Positions 60,385 through 64,000 of a DNA stretch of 64,000 nt are shown here, in pieces; positions within the stretch are counted from its first letter, which is position 1, and each line of letters starts with the position of its first letter. Position numbers and translations under genes: made by a program. Origin of the DNA: Calditrichia bacterium (GTDB lineage: Bacteria; Calditrichota; Calditrichia; JAJRVZ01); assembly GCA_963796965.1 (NCBI GenBank), contig CAWCNS010000009.1, positions 672,001-736,000 on the forward strand, in the 5' to 3' direction. The notes under the pieces were generated by a model. It had not been told where the DNA came from. It was given only the letters and a program-made list of their open reading frames with translations, and searched no databases.

Positions 60385-62334
60385 CTATCCTGCTTTAAAC
60401 TCAGAGAGCAATTTCTCAAGCTCCGATTGTTTAATCTCCCATTCAATTTCCAATGCAGGAATCTTAATCTGGAGCTCCTGATATCTCTTACCGCATTTTG
60501 CTGAATTATCCTGATCATTATAAAATTCTGGATCTGTCATTTGGGTTTCCAACAGATCCTTTTCTTTTTCCAATACATCTATTTTATTCTCAAGTGATTG
60601 AACTAATACTTGGAGTCTGTTTCGCTCCTCACTGATTTGTTGACGGGCCTCAGCTTCGAGACGCTTTCTCTCCTTGTCCTTTTTAACTTTTGGTTTTATC
60701 GATTTGTTCTCATCAACAGATATCACCTGACGTTCTCTTTTCTTTCGAAGATAGTCAGAATAATTGCCCTCAAATCTTCTCAGATTTCCATCTTTAAGTT
60801 CATACACAATGGTCACTAATTTATCTAAAAAATAACGGTCATGAGATATTAACAATAATGTGCCGTCGTAATTTGCTAATGCTTGTTCCAGGGCTTCCTT
60901 AGATTGAATATCAAGATGATTTGTGGGCTCATCCATTAACAGGAAATTTACGGGTGATAATAAAATCTTTGCTAGAGAAACCCGTGCTTTTTCGCCCCCG
61001 CTTAGAACGCCAATTTTCTTTTCTACATCCTCGCCCGTTAGTTTAAACACACCTAATATATCCCTGATCCTGGTGCGATAAATTTCAGCAGCCATGGATT
61101 CTACTTCTGCAAATACCGTATTTTTTAGATTTAAGGCGTCTATCTGATGCTGTGCATAGTAACCGATCTCCACCCGCTCTCCAATAGATACCTCACCAAC
61201 CTGTGCAACTAGCTCTTGAAATAATAACCGGGTAAGGGTTGTTTTTCCCTCTCCATTGGCACCTACCAGAGCCGCTTTTTCTCCTCTAAATAGTTGCATA
61301 TTAATATTTTGAAAAACCCAGTCCTCGGTATATCTAAATGAGACATTTTTTATGATACAAACATCTTTATAGCTCTTTTGTGGACTCAGAATTTGAAAAG
61401 ATATGGTTGATCGAGATTTTGGCAATACTACCGTCTCTAATTTTTCTAATCTCTTAACCCGATCCTGCACTTGAGCTGCTTTAGTGTTTTTATAGCGAAA
61501 GCGATTTATAAATGCAGTCAATCTCTCCCGTTCTGCTTGAATTTCTTCCGCTTTTTTAAGCAATTGTTCCAATCGTAATGCTTTTTGTTCTTCATAGAAA
61601 CTATACTTTCCCGGATAATGAATTAATTGACCATGGTCTAATTCAGCAATTTCATCACCCAAACGATCTATAAAAAAGCGGTCGTGAGATACAATAATCA
61701 TACTACCACGGAAATCGTTAAGATAATTTTCCAGCCATTCCAGTGATTCAATATCCAAATGATTCGTGGGTTCGTCAAGTAATAATAAATCAGGATTTAA
61801 AAGAAGTATCCTGGCTAAATAGACCCGCATACGCCAGCCACCGCTCTTACTGGAAATGGGATCAGAAAATTCAGATTCTTTAAATCCGAGCCCGGTTAAA
61901 ATTTTCTTAGCTTTTGCCTCAATTTCATATCCACCAAGAAGTGAAAATCGTTCTTCAGAAACGCCCAGACGATTGGCCAGATCCTGTTGTTCATCAGAAG
62001 ATAAATCATCACGCATGAGGTGATCATGCAGCAATGATATTTCTGATTCCAGATCAGTGAGTTGTGTGTTTGCCGCCAGGGATTCTTCTAATACTGAACC
62101 ACGGCCGAATGAGACTTCTTCCTGAGGGAGATACCCAATAAGATAATCCTTCGGTTGCTGGAATTCACCTTCCTGGAGAGGAAGTTCGCGACAAAGCAAC
62201 CGAAGTAAAGTGGTTTTGCCAGCGCCATTGGGTCCAATGAGGGCCACCCTTTTTCCAGGATTAATTGTCCAGCTTACGCCAGCAAAAAGTGATGTACCGG
62301 CAATCTGAAAACTTATATTTTTTAGTTGTAGCAT
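60385..62334 (-). CDS. ABC-F family ATP-binding protein with C-terminal coiled coil
   Basis: Two ABC domains (GPNGAGKT/SGGWRMR/DEPTNHLD; GANGEGKT/SGGEKAR/DEPTNHLD), no TMs. Confidence 0.92.
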   Translation of the reverse strand: MLQLKNISFQIAGTSLFAGVSWTINPGKRVALIGPNGAGKTTLLRLLCRELPLQEGEFQQPKDYLIGYLPQEEVSFGRGSVLEESLAANTQLTDLESEISLLHDHLMRDDLSSDEQQDLANRLGVSEERFSLLGGYEIEAKAKKILTGLGFKESEFSDPISSKSGGWRMRVYLARILLLNPDLLLLDEPTNHLDIESLEWLENYLNDFRGSMIIVSHDRFFIDRLGDEIAELDHGQLIHYPGKYSFYEEQKALRLEQLLKKAEEIQAERERLTAFINRFRYKNTKAAQVQDRVKRLEKLETVVLPKSRSTISFQILSPQKSYKDVCIIKNVSFRYTEDWVFQNINMQLFRGEKAALVGANGEGKTTLTRLLFQELVAQVGEVSIGERVEIGYYAQHQIDALNLKNTVFAEVESMAAEIYRTRIRDILGVFKLTGEDVEKKIGVLSGGEKARVSLAKILLSPVNFLLMDEPTNHLDIQSKEALEQALANYDGTLLLISHDRYFLDKLVTIVYELKDGNLRRFEGNYSDYLRKKRERQVISVDENKSIKPKVKKDKERKRLEAEARQQISEERNRLQVLVQSLENKIDVLEKEKDLLETQMTDPEFYNDQDNSAKCGKRYQELQIKIPALEIEWEIKQSELEKLLSEFKAG

Positions 62335-62511
62335 CTATATAGATTCTTGAGGTTAATATTAAATTTAAGCGTCCGTTTTCTTATGCGATTATTCTGATAA
62401 TTTATTGCCATAAAGTCTTCATAGTTTATAAAAATATAATATTTTGGGGAATCTCTCTGTAATGAAATACAAGTTCATACGCAATAATGTAAATAATTAT
62501 GCTAATTGATA

Positions 62512-62549
62512 CAAAATAGCCCCCTGAACAAAATAAAGTTCAGAGGGCT
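62512..62549 (-). terminator. Intrinsic terminator after pepF
   Basis: AGCCCCCTGAAC / GTTCAGAGGGCT stem, followed on the minus strand by ATTTTG. Confidence 0.65.
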
Positions 62550-62622
62550 GATATTTGGAGTTACTTGAAAAATTATTTAAACACTTAATTCTGTTGTTCT
62601 CTGCCATAAACGGCAGATTTTT

Positions 62623-64000
62623 TTATCTACCCATTTTCTTGAGTATCTGTTCGATCTCATCCATAACTTTGTTCATTTTTTTCATGGCCAGCGTAAAGGG
62701 TTCATCTGTCGTCATATCAATACCGACCTTTTTTAAGGTGGGTATGGCATAATCAGAGCCACCACTTGAGAGAAATGCTAGGTATTGATTTACCATCCCG
62801 GCTTTCCCACTAAGCATTTTTTCGGCCAGAGCCTGAGCAGCCAAAAATGAAGTGCTATATTGAAAAACGTAAAAATTATAATAGAAATGGGGGATATAGG
62901 CCCATTCCATAGCATACTGTTCATCAATAATACAGATACCTTTATCATGACCATAATATTTTTTAAGGATCTCAAGATAAATTTCTGAAAATTTATCTCC
63001 GGTTAAAGCCTCTCCTTTTTCAGCACTCTCATGTATTTTTAATTCAAATTCAGCAAACTGCGTTTGTCTGAAAAGAGTTCCTTTAAAATTATCCAGATAA
63101 TTTCCAAGTAATGCGAGACGTTCTTCATCACTGTTAATTTTTTTGAGCATATGATCCATTAATATTGCTTCATTTCCTGTTGAAGCAACTTCGGCTAGAA
63201 ATATTGGATAATCGGCAATATGATAGGGCTGATTCTTATTTGAAAAATAACTGTGCATCGTATGGCCCAGTTCATGGGCTAATGTACTCATATCATCATA
63301 TTTACCGTTAAAATTCATCAAAATATATGGATGCACATCATAGGCACTTCCCTGGGAATAGGCACCAGATCTTTTTCCTGTATTTGGCATAACATCAATC
63401 CATTGTTCTTTAGCAGATCTATCCACCGTGGCGACATAATCACTACCAAGAACGACCAATGCTTCTTTAATGTTTTCTATGGCTTCATCATAGGTATAGA
63501 CTTAAATCAACGCTTTTAACCATGGAAGGATACATATCATAATAATGTAAATTCTCAAGACCAAGCATGCGTTTACGTAATTTTAAATAACGGTGAAAAG
63601 TATCGAGGTTTTTGTTTATATTCTCAATTAATTTATGGTAAACGGATGTGGGAATATTATTACGGTCCAGGGCGCTTTCAAGACTTGAATCATATTTTCT
63701 TACGTTTTTATAAAACATGTTTTTCTTGATTTCACCATATAACTGTGTACCAAAAGTACGTTTATAACCCGCTAATGCTCCAAAGAACGAGTTAAACACT
63801 TTTATACGATCTTCCCTGTTTGCAGCAGCTCTGTTAAGCGCATACCCGGATGCATCTAAACGAACTTCTTTTCCACCAGACTAAAGTAATTGTTGGATAG
63901 GGTAAATCAGCGTTGCTCAGGATTGAATAGGTTTCTGATGCTGTGCCTGACATTCTTCCAGCCTCTGCAATAATCCCTTCCTGTTCTTCCGTCAATGTAT
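62623..64000 (-). CDS. pepF: Oligoendopeptidase F (M3B), 5'-partial, +1 frameshifts at 63499 and 63881
   Basis: GKRSGAYS, HPYILMN, TLAHELGH, AEVAST, RQTQFAEFE, IPHFYYNFYVFQY; three consecutive fragments join on removal of single bases. Confidence 0.9.

Noticed and set aside
1..64000. Prophage, IS elements, defence systems, tRNA/rRNA genes
   Set aside because: No integrase, transposase, phage structural, restriction/toxin or structural RNA signatures were recognised by eye; tRNAscan-SE, Infernal and DefenseFinder would be needed to exclude them formally.

Overview
AT-rich bacterial chromosomal window, probably from a Calditrichota/FCB-related organism. That placement is inferred from YPNPFNP C-terminal sorting tails, TonB receptors, Bacteroidota-like GlmM/DUF6029/DUF4846 and a peptidase-rich gene set. 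I found no rRNA, tRNA, CRISPR array or transposase. Main content: (1) 1988-4947 (-) is a TlpA, DUF6029-like outer-membrane protein and secreted redoxin operon. The last gene is missed by the ORF track because it reads through an in-frame UGA in a UxxC active site followed by a SECIS-like hairpin, making it a probable secreted selenoprotein. (2) 6909-15532 (+) is a DeoR/SorC-regulated bacterial microcompartment locus of the sugar-phosphate-utilisation type: RpiB-DeoC fusion, 1 BMC-H, 2 BMC-T, 3 BMC-P, aldehyde dehydrogenase, class II aldolase and pyrimidine-nucleoside phosphorylase, with a visible promoter and double operator. (3) Housekeeping and accessory genes: queG, namZ, comEA, dnaJ-grpE-hrcA, ftsEX, two histidine kinases, two gluzincin lipoproteins, lutABC, fumC. 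(4) A PTPS-PTPS-folE-SDR pterin (BH4-like) cluster. (5) A TPP-riboswitch-controlled operon of TonB receptor, ThiN and sodium:solute symporter. (6) Two D-aminoacylase-family genes, an ABC-F gene and pepF. Seven single-base frameshifts in six genes share one sequence pattern and are most likely sequencing or assembly errors. All family assignments come from motif recognition by eye; no database search was run.
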